DNA of 64,000 nucleotides from Eledone cirrhosa (lineage: Eukaryota), in NCBI GenBank assembly GCA_964016885.1, contig OZ024760.1, forward strand, positions 7,316,001-7,380,000. Direction: 5' to 3'. This document shows, piece after piece, positions 39,035 to 51,825 of this stretch. Below the pieces are notes generated by a model. That model did not search any database and had not been told where the DNA came from. It saw nothing but the letters and a program-made list of their open reading frames with translations. Every line of letters begins with the position of its first letter. Positions within the stretch are counted from its first letter, which is position 1. The translations under genes and the position numbers were made by a program.

Positions 39035-39720
39035 GTTTATGGTATTCATTCTGGCTCTCTGAGTTCAAATCCTCCTAAGGTCAACTTTGTCTTTCATCCT
39101 TTTGAGGTCAATAAAAAAAGTACCAGTTTAGTACTGGGCTCGATTCTTCCTCAATATCTCTTTCTCATTTCCTCTCTCTCACTTTCTATCTTTCTCTGGA
39201 AGAAGTCCGCTGTACTCAGACCTGGAGAGAAATGGGCTCTGCCAGGCTTAAAATGTCCTAGAAATGCTGTATGTCAATATGGCGCCTGTACGACTCCCCC
39301 AGGAGTTACGGGACCATGAATACATACATACATACAATTACACACACAAACACATATATACATCATCAACATCGTTGAATGTCTGTTTTCCCTGCTAGCA
39401 AGGGTTGGATGGGTCTTCACAGGTCAAGACTGTCCTGAAGCAATACCACTGGCCTCCTTGACAGACCGGAGGTTCGCATCTTACTTACAGACGGTCTGAC
39501 ACTCTACTGAGTGTATTTTATCATAACACCATACTAAAGAGGTTGTCATGTCTTCGACACAACTGAAAGATCCTCCTGCCCCTTTGTTTGGCAGGTTTTC
39601 TACAGCCAGATTCACTTCCTATCACCAACCACTTTACAGAGTGTACTGGGTGCATTTATCATGAAGATCACCAGCACACTCAGTAAATAGTAAGACTAAT
39701 GTAGGGCAGTATTTCTGAAA

Positions 39721-42700
39721 GTGGACATTGTGGTATATATTGCTATATAGTGGACATTGTGGTATATATTGCTATATAGTGGACATTGTGGTATATATTA
39801 CTATATAGTGGACAGTGTGGTATATATTACTATATAGTGGACAGTGTGGTATATATTACTATATAGTGGACAGTGTGGTATATATTACTATATAGTGGAC
39901 AGTGTGGTATATATTACTATATAGTGGACAGTGTGGTATATATTACTATATAGTGGACAGTGTGGTATATATTGCTATATAGTGGACAGTGTGGTATATA
40001 TTACTATATAGTGGACAGTGTGGTATATATTACTATATAGTGGACAGTGTGGTATATATTACTATATAGTGGACAGTGTGGTATATATTACTATATAGTG
40101 GACAGTGTGGTATATATTACTATATAGTGGACAGTGTGGTATATATTGCTAAATAGTGGACAGTGTGGTATATATTGCTATATAGTGGACAGTGTGGTAT
40201 ATATTACTATATAGTGGACAGTGTGGTATATATTACTATATAGTGGACAGTGTGGTATATATTGCTATATAGTGGACAGTGTGGTATATATTACTATATA
40301 GTGGACAGTGTGGTATATATTGCTATATAGTGGACAGTGTGGTATATATTGCTATATAGTGGACAGTGTGGTATATATTACTATATAGTGGACAGTGTGG
40401 TATATATTACTATATAGTTGTCAGTGTGGTATATATTACTATATAGTGGACAGTGTGGTATATATTGCTATATAGTGGACATTGTGGTATATATTACTAT
40501 ATAGTGGACAGTGTGGTATATATTGCTATATAGTGGACAGTGTGGTATATATTACTATATAGTGGACAGTGTGGTATATATTGCTATATAGTGGACAGTG
40601 TGGTATATATTGCTATATAGTGGACAGTGTGGTATATATTACTATATAGTGGACAGTGTGGTATATATTACTATATAGTGGACAGTGTGGTATATATTAC
40701 TATATAGTGGACAGTGTGGTATATATTGCTATATAGTGGACAGTGTGGAATATATTACTATATAGTGGACAGTGTGGTATATATTGCTATATAGTGGACA
40801 GTGTGGTATATATATATTGCTATATAGTGGACAGTGTGGTATATATTACTATATAGTGGACAGTGTGGAATATATTACTATATAGTGGACAGTGTGGTGT
40901 ATATTACTATATAGTGGACAGTGTGGAATATATTACTATATAGTGGACAGTGTGGTATATATAACTATATAGTGGACAGTGTGGTATATATTACTATATA
41001 GTGGACAGTGTGGTATATATTGCTATATAGTGAACAGTGTGGTATATATTACTATATAGTGGACAGTGTGGTATATATTACTATATAGTGGACAGTGTGG
41101 TATATATTGCTATATAGTGGACAGTGTGGTATATATTGCTATATAGTGGACAGTGTGGTATATATTGCTATATAGTGGACAGTGTGGTATATATTACTAT
41201 ATAGTGGATAGTGTGGTGTATATTACTATATAGTGGACAGTGTGGTATATATTACTATATAGTGGACAGTGTGGTATATATTGCTATATAGTGGACAGTG
41301 TGGTATATATATATTGCTATATAGTGGACAGTGTGGTATATAGTGCTATATAGTGGACAGTGTGGTATAGATATATTACTATATAGTGGACAGTATGGTA
41401 TATATTACTATATAGTGGACAGTGTGGTGTATATTGCTATATAGTGGACAGTGTGGTATATATTGCTATATAGTGGACAGTGTGGTATATATATATTGCT
41501 ATATAGTGGACAGTGTGGTATATATTACTATATAGTGAACAGTGTGGTATATATTACTATATAGTGGACAGTGTGGTATATATTGCTATATAGTGGACAG
41601 TGTGGTATATATATATTACTATATAGTGGACAGTGTGGTGTATATTACTATATAGTGGACAGTGTGGTATATATATATTACTATATAGTGGACAGTGTGG
41701 TATATATTACTATATAGTGGACAGTGTGGTATATATTACTATATAGTGGACAGTGTGGTATATATTACTATATAGTGGACAGTGTGGTATATATTGCTAT
41801 ATAGTGGACAGTGTGGTATATATTGCTATATAGTGGACAGTGTGGTATATATTACTATATAGTGGACAGTGTGGTATATATATATTACTATATAGTGGAC
41901 AGTGTGGTATATATATATTACTATATAGTGGACAGTGTGGTATATATTACTATATAGCAGACAGTGTGGTATATATTGCTATATAGTGGACAGTGTGGTA
42001 TATATTACTATATAGTGGACAGTGTGGTATATATTGCTATATAGTGGACAGTGTGGTATATATTACTATATAGTGGACAGTGTGGTATATATTGCTATAT
42101 AGTGGACAGTGTGGTATATATTACTATATAGTGGACAGTGTGGTATATATTGCTATATAGTGGACAGTGTGGTATATATTACTATATAGTGGACAGTGTG
42201 GTATATATTGCTATATAGTGGACAGTGTGGTATATATTGCTATATAGTGGACAGTGTGGTATATATTACTATATAGTGGACAGTGTGGTATATATTACTA
42301 TATAGTGGACATTGTGGTATATATTACTATATAGTGGACAGTGTGGTATATATTGCTATATAGTGGACAGTGTGGTATATATTACTATATAGTGGACAGT
42401 GTGGTATATATTACTATATAGTGGACAGTGTGGTATATATTGCTATATAGTGGACATTGTGGTATATATTACTATATAGTGGACAGTGTGGTATATATAT
42501 ATTACTATATAGTGGACAGTGTGGTGTATATATATTACTATATAGTGGACAGTGTGGTGTATATATATTGCTATATAGTGGACAGTGTGGTATATATTAC
42601 TATATAGTGGACAGTGTGGTATATATTACTATATAGTGGACAGTGTGGTATATATATATTACTATATAGTGGACAGTGTGGTGTATATTACTATATAGTG

Positions 42701-43545
42701 GACAGTGTGGTATATATTACTATATAGTGGACAGTGTGGTATATATTACTATATAGTGGACAGTGTGGTATATATTACTATATAGTGGACAGTGTGGTAT
42801 ATATTGCTATATAGTGGACATTGTGGTATATATTACTATATAGTGGACAGTGTGGTATATATATATTACTATATAGTGGACAGTGTGGTATATATTACTA
42901 TATAGTGGACAGTGTGGTATAGATATATTACTATATAGTGGACAGTGTGGTATATATTACTATATAGTGGACAGTGTGGTATATATTACTATATAGTGGA
43001 CAGTGTGGTATATATTGCTATATAGTGGACAGTGTGGTATATATTACTATATAGTGGACAGTGTGGTATATATTACTATATAGTGGACAGTGTGGTATAT
43101 ATTACTATATAGTGGACAGTGTGGTATATATTACTATATAGTGGACAGTGTGGTATATATTACTATATAGTGGACAGTGTGGTATATATTGCTATATAGT
43201 GGACAGTGTGGTATATATTGCTATATAGTGGACAGTGTGGTATATATTGCTATATAGTGGACAGTGTGGTATATATATATTACTATATAGTGGACAGTGT
43301 GGTATATATTACTATATAGTGGACATTGTGGTATATATTGCTATATAGTGGACAGTGTGGTATATATTACTATATAGTGGACAGTGTGGTATATATTACT
43401 ATATAGTGGACAGTGTGGTATATATTACTATATAGTGGACATTGTGGTATAGATATATTACTATATAGTGGACAGTGTGGTATAGATATATTACTATATA
43501 GTGGACAGTGTGGTATATATTACTATATAGTGGACAGTGTGGTAT
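39721..43545. repeat. 29-bp minisatellite, about 130 copies
   Basis: Unit gtggacagtgtggtatatatt(a/g)ctatata, with occasional +4 nt variants. Confidence 0.95.
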
Positions 43546-45016
43546 ATATATATATAAGACTGCGTCTTCCTTCCACTGGGATATTTCTTGGCACTTCTTT
43601 ACCCAGCGGTCATCCTCCATGCGCACCACATGTCCATACCAACGCAGTCTTCTCTCCCCCGCACACTACAGACAAGGACAGAAGAGGTGGTGTAATGGCA
43701 GAGTTGTTAGAACATCAGACAAAATACTTTGTAGTATTTGTTCCAGTTCTCGCTTCTCTTCTCTCGCAGTTCAACACCTGCCAAGGTCAACACTTTGCCT
43801 TTCATCCTTTCAAGGTTGATAAAATTAAAAAAATATAAAGCAGCAGTCAAAGGTGAAGAATTGGCAGTCTCGTTAGAATGTCGGATAGAATACTTTGATG
43901 GTTATTAGTTCCAGCTCTCTGTGCTTTCCGAGTTCAAATCCTGCCAAGGTCAACTTTGCCGTTCATCCTTTTAAGGCCGATGAAAAAAAAAAGTACCAGT
44001 TCAGTTCTGAGGGTAGGGTGGGGTGGGGGGGAGGTGATTTTTCTTCTCTCTGTCTTGGACATTTCAAACCCGGTAGAGCCCACCCCTTCTCTATGCTGGA
44101 ACGCAGCCGTTTTTTTTCCAGAAAAGAAGAGATAGAGAGTAAAAGAAAGGAAGTGAGAAATCACTTCCTTTCTTTTACTCTCTATCTCTTCTTTTCTGGA
44201 AAAACAACGGCTGCGTTCCAGCATAGAGAAGGGGTGGGCTCTACCGGGTTTGAAATGTCCAAGACATGGTGTATATGATGGCAGCACCCCTACAATTCCT
44301 CCAGGAGTCACGAGTTCATATAGACATATCTTCTTTATGCCCCACAGGTCAGTACCCACATAGTCCTCTCTCTCTCACTATCTCTCCCTCTCCTTTCCCC
44401 TCACTCTCTCTTTCCCCCTTTCTCCTCCTCACTCTTTCTCCCTCCCACCCCATCTCTCTCTCTCTCTCTCTCTCCCCATCACATCCTAGATGTTATGCTG
44501 GATCAAAGGAGAGGCAGTCAGGAAAGAATCTGTCTCCACACATAAACCCAGCTTTTCTCTCAGTCCTCTTGTATTCCGATGTTCATACACCACACACTAA
44601 CATTGCCCATCCGGTGGAGCAATGTTTGCCCCATTTATTTCCACCATGACAGTCAACCCTCAGCAGATAAACCCTATGTTTTCCACCTGCCATACAGTAT
44701 CACACTACGTAGACAAACAATGCAATTCAAAGATGTTTATTGGTCAAAGATTCTTAAACAATTTTCACAGTTGCTGGGATTTAATCCACATATAATAATT
44801 ATCTATGGTTTTTTTTATTTGCTGTTGTACAAACAGAGAAAGAGAGTGAGTGGTAGTAGGAGGATAAAAATGCAAGGGGGTGAGACTGGTGGAATAAAAT
44901 TGAGAGTGAATTGGCGATCAGCCGGAGCAGTCAAGCTTACACAATTAAGAGTAGTGATAAAGTTACAAGATCTATGAGAGTTGATCAAGTGAAGTCTAGA
45001 CAATAGTTAGTATTAG

Positions 45017-45399
45017 TGGTCAAGTTACCAGACCTATGAGATTTAGGGGTCAAGTTACCAGGTCTATGAGATTTAGGAGTAAAGTTACCAGGACTATGAG
45101 ATTTAGGGGTCAAGTTACCAGGTCTATGAGATTTAGGGGTGAAGTTACCAGGACTATGAGATTTAGGGGTCAAGTTACCAGGTCTATGAGAGTTAGGAGT
45201 AAAGTTACCAGGACTATGAGATTTAGGGGTCAAGTTACCAGGTCTATGAGATTTAGGGGTCAAGTTACCAGGTCTATGCGAGTTGGTCAAGTAAAGCCTA
45301 CAGAAGAGTTATTATTACTAGTGGTCAAGTTACCAGGTCTATGAGAGTTGGTTAAATAAAGCCTACACAATAGTTATTAGTAGTGGTCAAGTTACCAGG
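45017..45399. repeat. 30-bp tandem repeat containing copies of the exon-6 splice donor
   Basis: Unit caagttaccaggtctatgagatttaggggt, about 8 regular copies plus degenerate ones. Confidence 0.9.
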
Positions 45400-45470
45400 C
45401 ATCATGTAGCCAGAAATTTTGGTGGTTAGCAGTACATTGCCGTCTTGGTTCTGGTTTGTTGACACATCAT
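45396..45470 (-). CDS. PPP1R42: Probable PPP1R42 exon 6
   Basis: Strong acceptor TTTCCTCTCCCACAG and donor G|GTAACT, 75 nt, phase 1/1. Open as [26 protein letters not shown]. Confidence 0.65.
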
Positions 45471-45512
45471 CTGTGGGAGAGGAAATACCAGGAGGGTATG
45501 AAAAAGGAGTAG

Positions 45513-45607
<95 letters not shown>

Positions 45608-46237
45608 CATATATATTTATATATATATATATAAATATATATATATATTTATATATAATATATATAAATATATATATATATTTATATATAATATATATAA
45701 ATATATATATATATTTATATATAATATATATAAATATATATATATATTTATATATAATATATATAAATATATATATATATTTATATATATTATAATAATT
45801 GTTTCTACTTTTGGCACAAGGCCAGCAATTATCCCAGTGCATTACTGGTACTTTATTTTATCGACCCCGTAAGGATGAAAGGCAAAGTTAACCTCGGCGG
45901 TATTTGAACTCAGTCCGTAAAGGGCCGTAACTCTATGCGTCAAAGCATGGTGTCCGACTCTCTACCGATACTGCCAATCCACCAATAATAATATTATTAT
46001 TATTTATACTTATATATATATATAATCTATATACAATTATAAATAAGATAAGGGTAATATTTTGTATTACCCAATTACCAGTAACAAAATTAGCTCAAGG
46101 TAAATATCAGGTATACTACAGAGCAGAAATACAACATAGAACACAATCAAATGTTTAATGTTTAATTTTGTTTAACGCAATTAAATGCATTAAACAAAAA
46201 TTTGATTGTTTTTTATCTTGTATATGTATATATATAT

Positions 46238-46826
46238 ATGGTGGCTGCCAACTCGTTTTCAAGTACGGGCACTACTTTATATCCATGTAGGAGAACCCCT
46301 ACTGATGCGCTGAACGAGTGACTTTTTAGTCCAGCCAGCAACTTGAAAACTCTGGTACAAACACTACACTTGTGACAATTATTGACACATAGTGCTGGGC
46401 CCATGGTACCATGTGACGACAAGTGCAGAGAGATCTCCAGATATAAAGCAATGCCTGTGCCGTGAAGCTTTTATAGTGAGCAAAGGCACTGCACAAAGCC
46501 AGTCCCACTCTCTTAACCAAGATGATATTTACCAAAAAGAAGAACAAGTCAACATCATTGGATACCGTCAGGGTTGCTGGTGTTATATCAGAGTTTTCCT
46601 TCTCCTAGAATTCTGCCTTGACAGGTCACCAGTTGGTGCTACTGGTAACATGTATCTCAGTACAACCTGTCCCATGGTCGGGTCGTTGGCGACTAAACTG
46701 GCAACCCCACCAAGGTTTCTTGGTGAGGAGGGTGACTTTGGACATCCCGCAGGAGTAAAAACAAAACCTGTCAAAGGGCAAAGGAGCTCTTAAGAGTCAA
46801 TGGCCATCCAAAATCACCGGGAGAGA

Positions 46827-46828
<2 letters not shown>
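46238..46828 (-). mobile_element. Second copy of the two-module RTE-derived element, with the 5' module inverted
   Basis: 46238-46623 is the reverse complement of 23830-24216, whereas 46625-46828 is in the same orientation as 23633-23817. Confidence 0.75.
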
Positions 46829-46871
<43 letters not shown>

Positions 46872-47334
46872 TACAGGTTGATAGACATACATACAGGCAT
46901 TCCCTGGTATTTGCAGGGGTTATGTTCCTAGAGCACCAGTAACAACAACAACACCACCACCACCAGTAACAACAACAACAATACCAGAAACAACAACAAC
47001 AACAACACCAGTAACAACAACAACACCAAGACCAGTAACAACAACAACAAAACCAGTAACAACAACAACAACAACAACACCACCACCACCACCACCACCA
47101 CCACCAACAACACCCGTAACAACAACACCACCAGTAACAACACCACCACCACCACCACCAATAACAACAACAACACCACCACCAGTAACAACAACAACAC
47201 CAAAACCAGTAACAACAACAACAACAGCAGTAACAACAAGAACACCAGTAACAACAACAACACCACCACCACCACCACCACCAACAACAACATATAAAAG
47301 TATATACACAGATACACCAAATTAATGAGATTAC

Positions 47335-47454
47335 CTTTCTGTTGGTTTTGAAACTGTGCACTGTTTCTCTTCTGTTTTATGGCAGTTTTACTGGCAGACC
47401 AGTTAAGGAGGAATGTCTTGGAGGTAGCACTGATGGCCTTCGTATCAAGGTTTT
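47335..47454 (-). CDS. PPP1R42: PPP1R42 exon 5
   Basis: GACCAG acceptor and G|GTAAT donor, 120 nt, phase 1/1. ENLDTKAISATSKTFLLNWSASK... matches the recalled 'E.LDGK.I......FL.NW.ASK'. Confidence 0.88.
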
Positions 47455-47579
47455 CTGGTCACACAACAGAGAAAATACAAATATATACAGACGGAGGCAT
47501 AACTAAGGAAAATAGCGTCTATGGTAAGCAGTGAAATTGCGCCCCTGCCCAGCACTGTATTTTTCTCTATGGGCCTTTC

Positions 47580-47765
47580 ATCATCATGATCATCATCATC
47601 ATCATTTTACGTCTGTTTGTCTCTGCTTGCAAGGGTGGGACGGGTCCTATTCAGCACACCATCTCTCCACTTGTCACGGTCCTTCGTCATCTCCTCCGTG
47701 AGTTTCAGCGATCTGAGGTCTGCTCTCACCACCTCCGCCCATGTTTTTCGTGGTCTTCCCCTACT
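47580..47765 (-). mobile_element. RTE LINE 3' end sharing its tail with SINE family A; another fragment at 43570-43665
   Basis: GRPRKTWAEVVRADLRSLKLTEEMTKDRDKWR followed by CCCGTCCCACCCTTGCAAGCAG...GACGTAAAATGATG. The 43.6-kb fragment reads RRLRWYGHVVRMEDDRWVKKC. Confidence 0.8.
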
Positions 47766-48471
47766 GCGTCTTTAAACCATATCGGGCCAGAATTTTCTCA
47801 CCTCTTTCTGTTCAAACCGGCCAGTTATGGCCGCTCATACTCATGTTAAGGTATTGTTCTCAAAATAAATAATTGTTTCTACTTTTGGGACAAGGCCAGC
47901 AATTACCCCCAGAGTATTACTGGTACTTTATTTTATTGACTCCGAAAGGATGAAAGGCAAGTTAACCTCAACGGGATTTGAACTCAGACCGCAAAGGGAC
48001 GTAACTCTATGCTGGAAAGCATGGCGTCTGACACTCTACCGATTCTGTCAATCCACCGCTCTCAAAATAAATGATATCAAAATCTCCTTGATTCGATATT
48101 GTGTGAGATATTATGTAAGATAAAGCCTTTACTGTGAAAATACAATAGTATATATAGAATAATACAATACTATATATAGAGTAATGTAAATGCTAAAGGG
48201 TTAATGATCCAGCCACCATAGTGTTCTCACCCTTTATAATGAGAGACAGGTCATACATCTGAAGGAGTTTCTTTTGTCACTCTCTGACGAAGCTTACTTA
48301 ACTTTAATAGAATTTGTTCCTAGTCCAAGTGGCACCCGCTTCATGTGGTACCCCCATTCATGTGGCACATGTCATGCTTGCCAAACCCTAGTTACGCCTT
48401 TGCATACAGACACACTTTGATTAGTGACTTACAAACGCACCTTACTTTGTGACTGATCACACTTGAGACTG

Positions 48472-48519
<48 letters not shown>

Positions 48520-49235
48520 AACACACCACACACAAACACAACACACACTACACCACAACAAATAACACACACTACACCACAACACACACTACACCACACA
48601 CTACACCACAACAAATAACACACACTACACCACAACACACACTACACCACAACACACAACACACACTACACCACAACACACACTACACCACAACACACAA
48701 CACACACTACACCACAACACACACTACACCACAACACACAACACACACTACACCACAACACACACTACACCACAACACTACACCACAACACTACATCACA
48801 CACTACACCACAACACTACACCACACACTACACCACACACTACACCACAACACCACACCACACACTACACCTCAACACACACTACACCACACACCACACC
48901 ACACACTACACCACAACACACAACACACACTACACCACACCACACACCACACCACACACTACACCACAACACACACTACACCACAACACCACAACACACA
49001 CTACACCACAACACTACACCACAACACACACTACACCACACCTCAACACACAACACACAACAGACACTACACCACATACTACACCACACACCACACCACA
49101 CACCACAACACACACTACACCACAACACACAACACACACTACACCACACAACACACAACACACACTACACCACACACCACACCACACACCACACACCACA
49201 CAACACACAACACACACTACACCACACACTACACA
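48520..49235. repeat. (CACAC/ACTAC/ACAAC) compound simple repeat
   Basis: Direct reading of the sequence. Confidence 0.9.
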
Positions 49236-49275
49236 GAGAAAGACACAACACAGACGGACCCGTGTCATCTCTTAC

Positions 49276-49510
49276 CTAATGTCTTCACCATCAGGATGAC
49301 CCTGTCTCTGTACCTCTTATAGTGGCACAATGGGTTGTTGTTCAGCTCCAGTGTCACCAACTGTTTCATGTATAACACAGCGTTGGCAATGTCACTGAAG
49401 TCGGAGAGGTTGTTGAGGCCCGCATAGAGGGAGGTCAACTGATGGAGGGGCTGAAGTTCCTTCAGGCTGGTCAGTCTGTTTTTGGAGAGGTTTAGTACTT
49501 GTAGACTGTC
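49276..49510 (-). CDS. PPP1R42: PPP1R42 exon 4 (LRRs + LRRcap)
   Basis: CCACAG acceptor and G|GTAAG donor, 235 nt. DSLQVLNLSKNRLTSLKEL...LELNNNPLCHYKRYRDRVILMVKTL. Confidence 0.92.
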
Positions 49511-49811
49511 CTGTGGATAGAGATGGGAGATATAGGGTGGTGGTGGTGGTGGTGGTGGTGGTGGTGGTGGTGGTAGAAGGTGATAGTGGTTGTGATGGTG
49601 GTGGAGATGGTGGGTGGTGGTGGTGGTAACCCTGCAATGGACTGGCGTCCTGTCCAGGGGGAAGTCTTCTACTCTCAGTCACTTCACACCACAGAAACTG
49701 GGGTAAGCATCGGCCTGATGGGCCTCTGGGCTCGAGACAGACTTTAGACTATTTTTTAGAAGGGTTGCATGATTTGACATATGAAAATAAAATTAAACCT
49801 GGATTACTCAC

Positions 49812-49950
49812 AGCAATCGACTGAATTGATCTAGGGTCAAGAAGTAGCTTCTCTCCCGGGGGCAGCTGTTGTTTATCAATGTAGAGTTCCTTTAGCTGGG
49901 TCAGGTTGTGCAGACCCTCAAGTACTGTGATACAGTTCTTACTTAAATAC
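49812..49950 (-). CDS. PPP1R42: PPP1R42 exon 3
   Basis: TTTTAG acceptor and GTGAGT donor, 139 nt. YLSKNCITVLEGLHNLTQLKELYIDKQQLPPGEKLLLDPRSIQSIA contains the diagnostic 'Q.LP.GEKL.FDPR' segment. Confidence 0.93.
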
Positions 49951-50590
49951 CTAAAACACAATGTAGAGTTCCTTTAGCTGGGTTAGGTTGTGCAGGTACT
50001 CTGATATAGTTCTTACTTAACCCTTTAGCATTTGCATTACTCTCTCTATATATACTATTGTATTTCCGTGGTAAAAGCTTTACATCACATAATTATCTCA
50101 CATAATATCGAATCTATGAGATTTTGATATTATTTATTTTGAGAACAATACCTTAACATCAGTATGAGTGGCTAGTTATGGCTGGTTTGAACAGAAAGAG
50201 GTGAAAAAATTAGAGTTTCTTTAGCTGAGTCCTAACTGGCTGGAACGCCAAAGGAAACCAGCTGAACTCATCGATGTTATCCAACCATCTTGCTCAATAG
50301 AGTACATAGCTTAGAAAAAATTAAAAACTTAAATTTGAATTTAATTTAAAAAGAAAAAAATAACATAAAAAATATTATGGAAATCAACACTAAAATCAAC
50401 AGTTGGGTGTTAATGTGACCCCTAGCTGACAGATTTAAGGGCCAGAAGGTACCCAGCTGGGTGTACATGGGACCCCTAGCTGTCAGCTGCAGTGAAGCGA
50501 CAGACTGTAGGACAGAAAGCACCCAGTCATGAGTTAATAAGACCCTGCTGTGCCCACATCACAACTGGTGCCTGGAAATGGTTAACTTAC

Positions 50591-50760
50591 AGTTTTGTCA
50601 GTTGTGTCAGGCTGGAAAGATCTGGAATGTAGAAGATCCTGTTGTCTTGGAGATAGAGATGGGACAGGTTCCTGTTGTTGGATAAGTTGGGTATGGCTGT
50701 CAAATGGTTGTCATAGAGATATAATACTGACAGTTCGGGACATACAGACAAGTCGCAATC
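50591..50760 (-). CDS. PPP1R42: PPP1R42 exon 2 (SDS22-like LRRs)
   Basis: CTTACAG acceptor and GTAAG donor, 170 nt. DCDLSVCPELSVLYLYDNHLTAIPNLSNNRNLSHLYLQDNRI... Confidence 0.92.
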
Positions 50761-50849
50761 CTGTAAGAAAAAGAGAGAATAAGAAAGTGAAAGGGAGAGA
50801 GAGAGATAAACAAACTCCCCCAAAATGTACATATATATATGTATATATA

Positions 50850-51224
50850 TCATTTCATTTTACGTCCGCTTTTCCCTGCTTGCAAGGGTGGGACGGGAAC
50901 TGATTCTGGCTTGATTTCTACAGCTGGATGCCCTTCCTAACACCAACCTCATTTACAGTGAGCGCTGGGTGCTTTTTTGCCGTGGATCCTCCACGACCAC
51001 TTTGCAGTGGAATGACAGAAATTTGACAGAAATAGTGAGTATGTCCTGATCTTTCAAATGAAATGATGGGGTCCCTATCATCTCATTTCTACAGCTGAGT
51101 AAACTGGAGCAATGTGAAATAAAGTGTCTTGCTCAAGGAAACAACGCATCACCCGGTCTGAGAATTGAACTCACAACCTTTTGATTGCAAGGCCAATGCG
51201 CTAACCACTAAGCCATGTGCCTCC
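50850..51224 (-). mobile_element. SINE family A with a templated insertion
   Basis: Full-length copy. 51015-51067 replaces part of the usual gatagggaccccagtccctatc hairpin. Confidence 0.85.
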
Positions 51225-51516
51225 ATGTATGTATATACATATGCATATATGTGTATATATATGGTTTTGCGAGGTTTTTTATATGAAATCGTGTGTCGAA
51301 ACAGATATTGTTATATTTGGGGAGGGTCATATTTGCGTAATATTGCCAGAATTAATAACAGAACACACTCACTGTTTGGTTGGTTTTCGCTTCTCGCTGT
51401 CTTTTATATATATATATCTGCGATCTAACTTACTCGGTCCTCAATGTTGCCATTGACTGACCGGCGGTCAAAAATAATACAGATACAATATAGACAAACA
51501 CATATATATATAGTTT

Positions 51517-51556
51517 ACATAAATCTTTCGTTGCACATCTGCAACATCGTCAGTGG
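51517..51556 (-). ncRNA. Hammerhead-like motif in the PLE 3' UTR (sense strand)
   Basis: cca-CTGACGA-t-gttgca(gatg)tgcaac-GAAA-gatt-TA^tg. Perfect stem II, but only about 2 bp of stem I. Confidence 0.55.
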
Positions 51557-51825
51557 TGTTATATTCATTGTTCCTCCTGTTGTGTTGTATGTCTACGCCA
51601 TTTTTTTTGTTCAGTCTGTCTATATATTTATTTATTTATTTGCTTGTTTGTTTATCTTATTTTATTTTGTCTTCTTTGCGCATGCGTTTGCGTGTGTGTA
51701 TAGTGTTATGTGTGATGTGTGACTAGTGTGTATAGTGTTGTGTCTGCTGGGTGACTAGTGTGTGTTTATGTGCTTGTGTATGTATTTATTTATCTTATTT
51801 TATTTAATTTAATTTACTTATTTAT

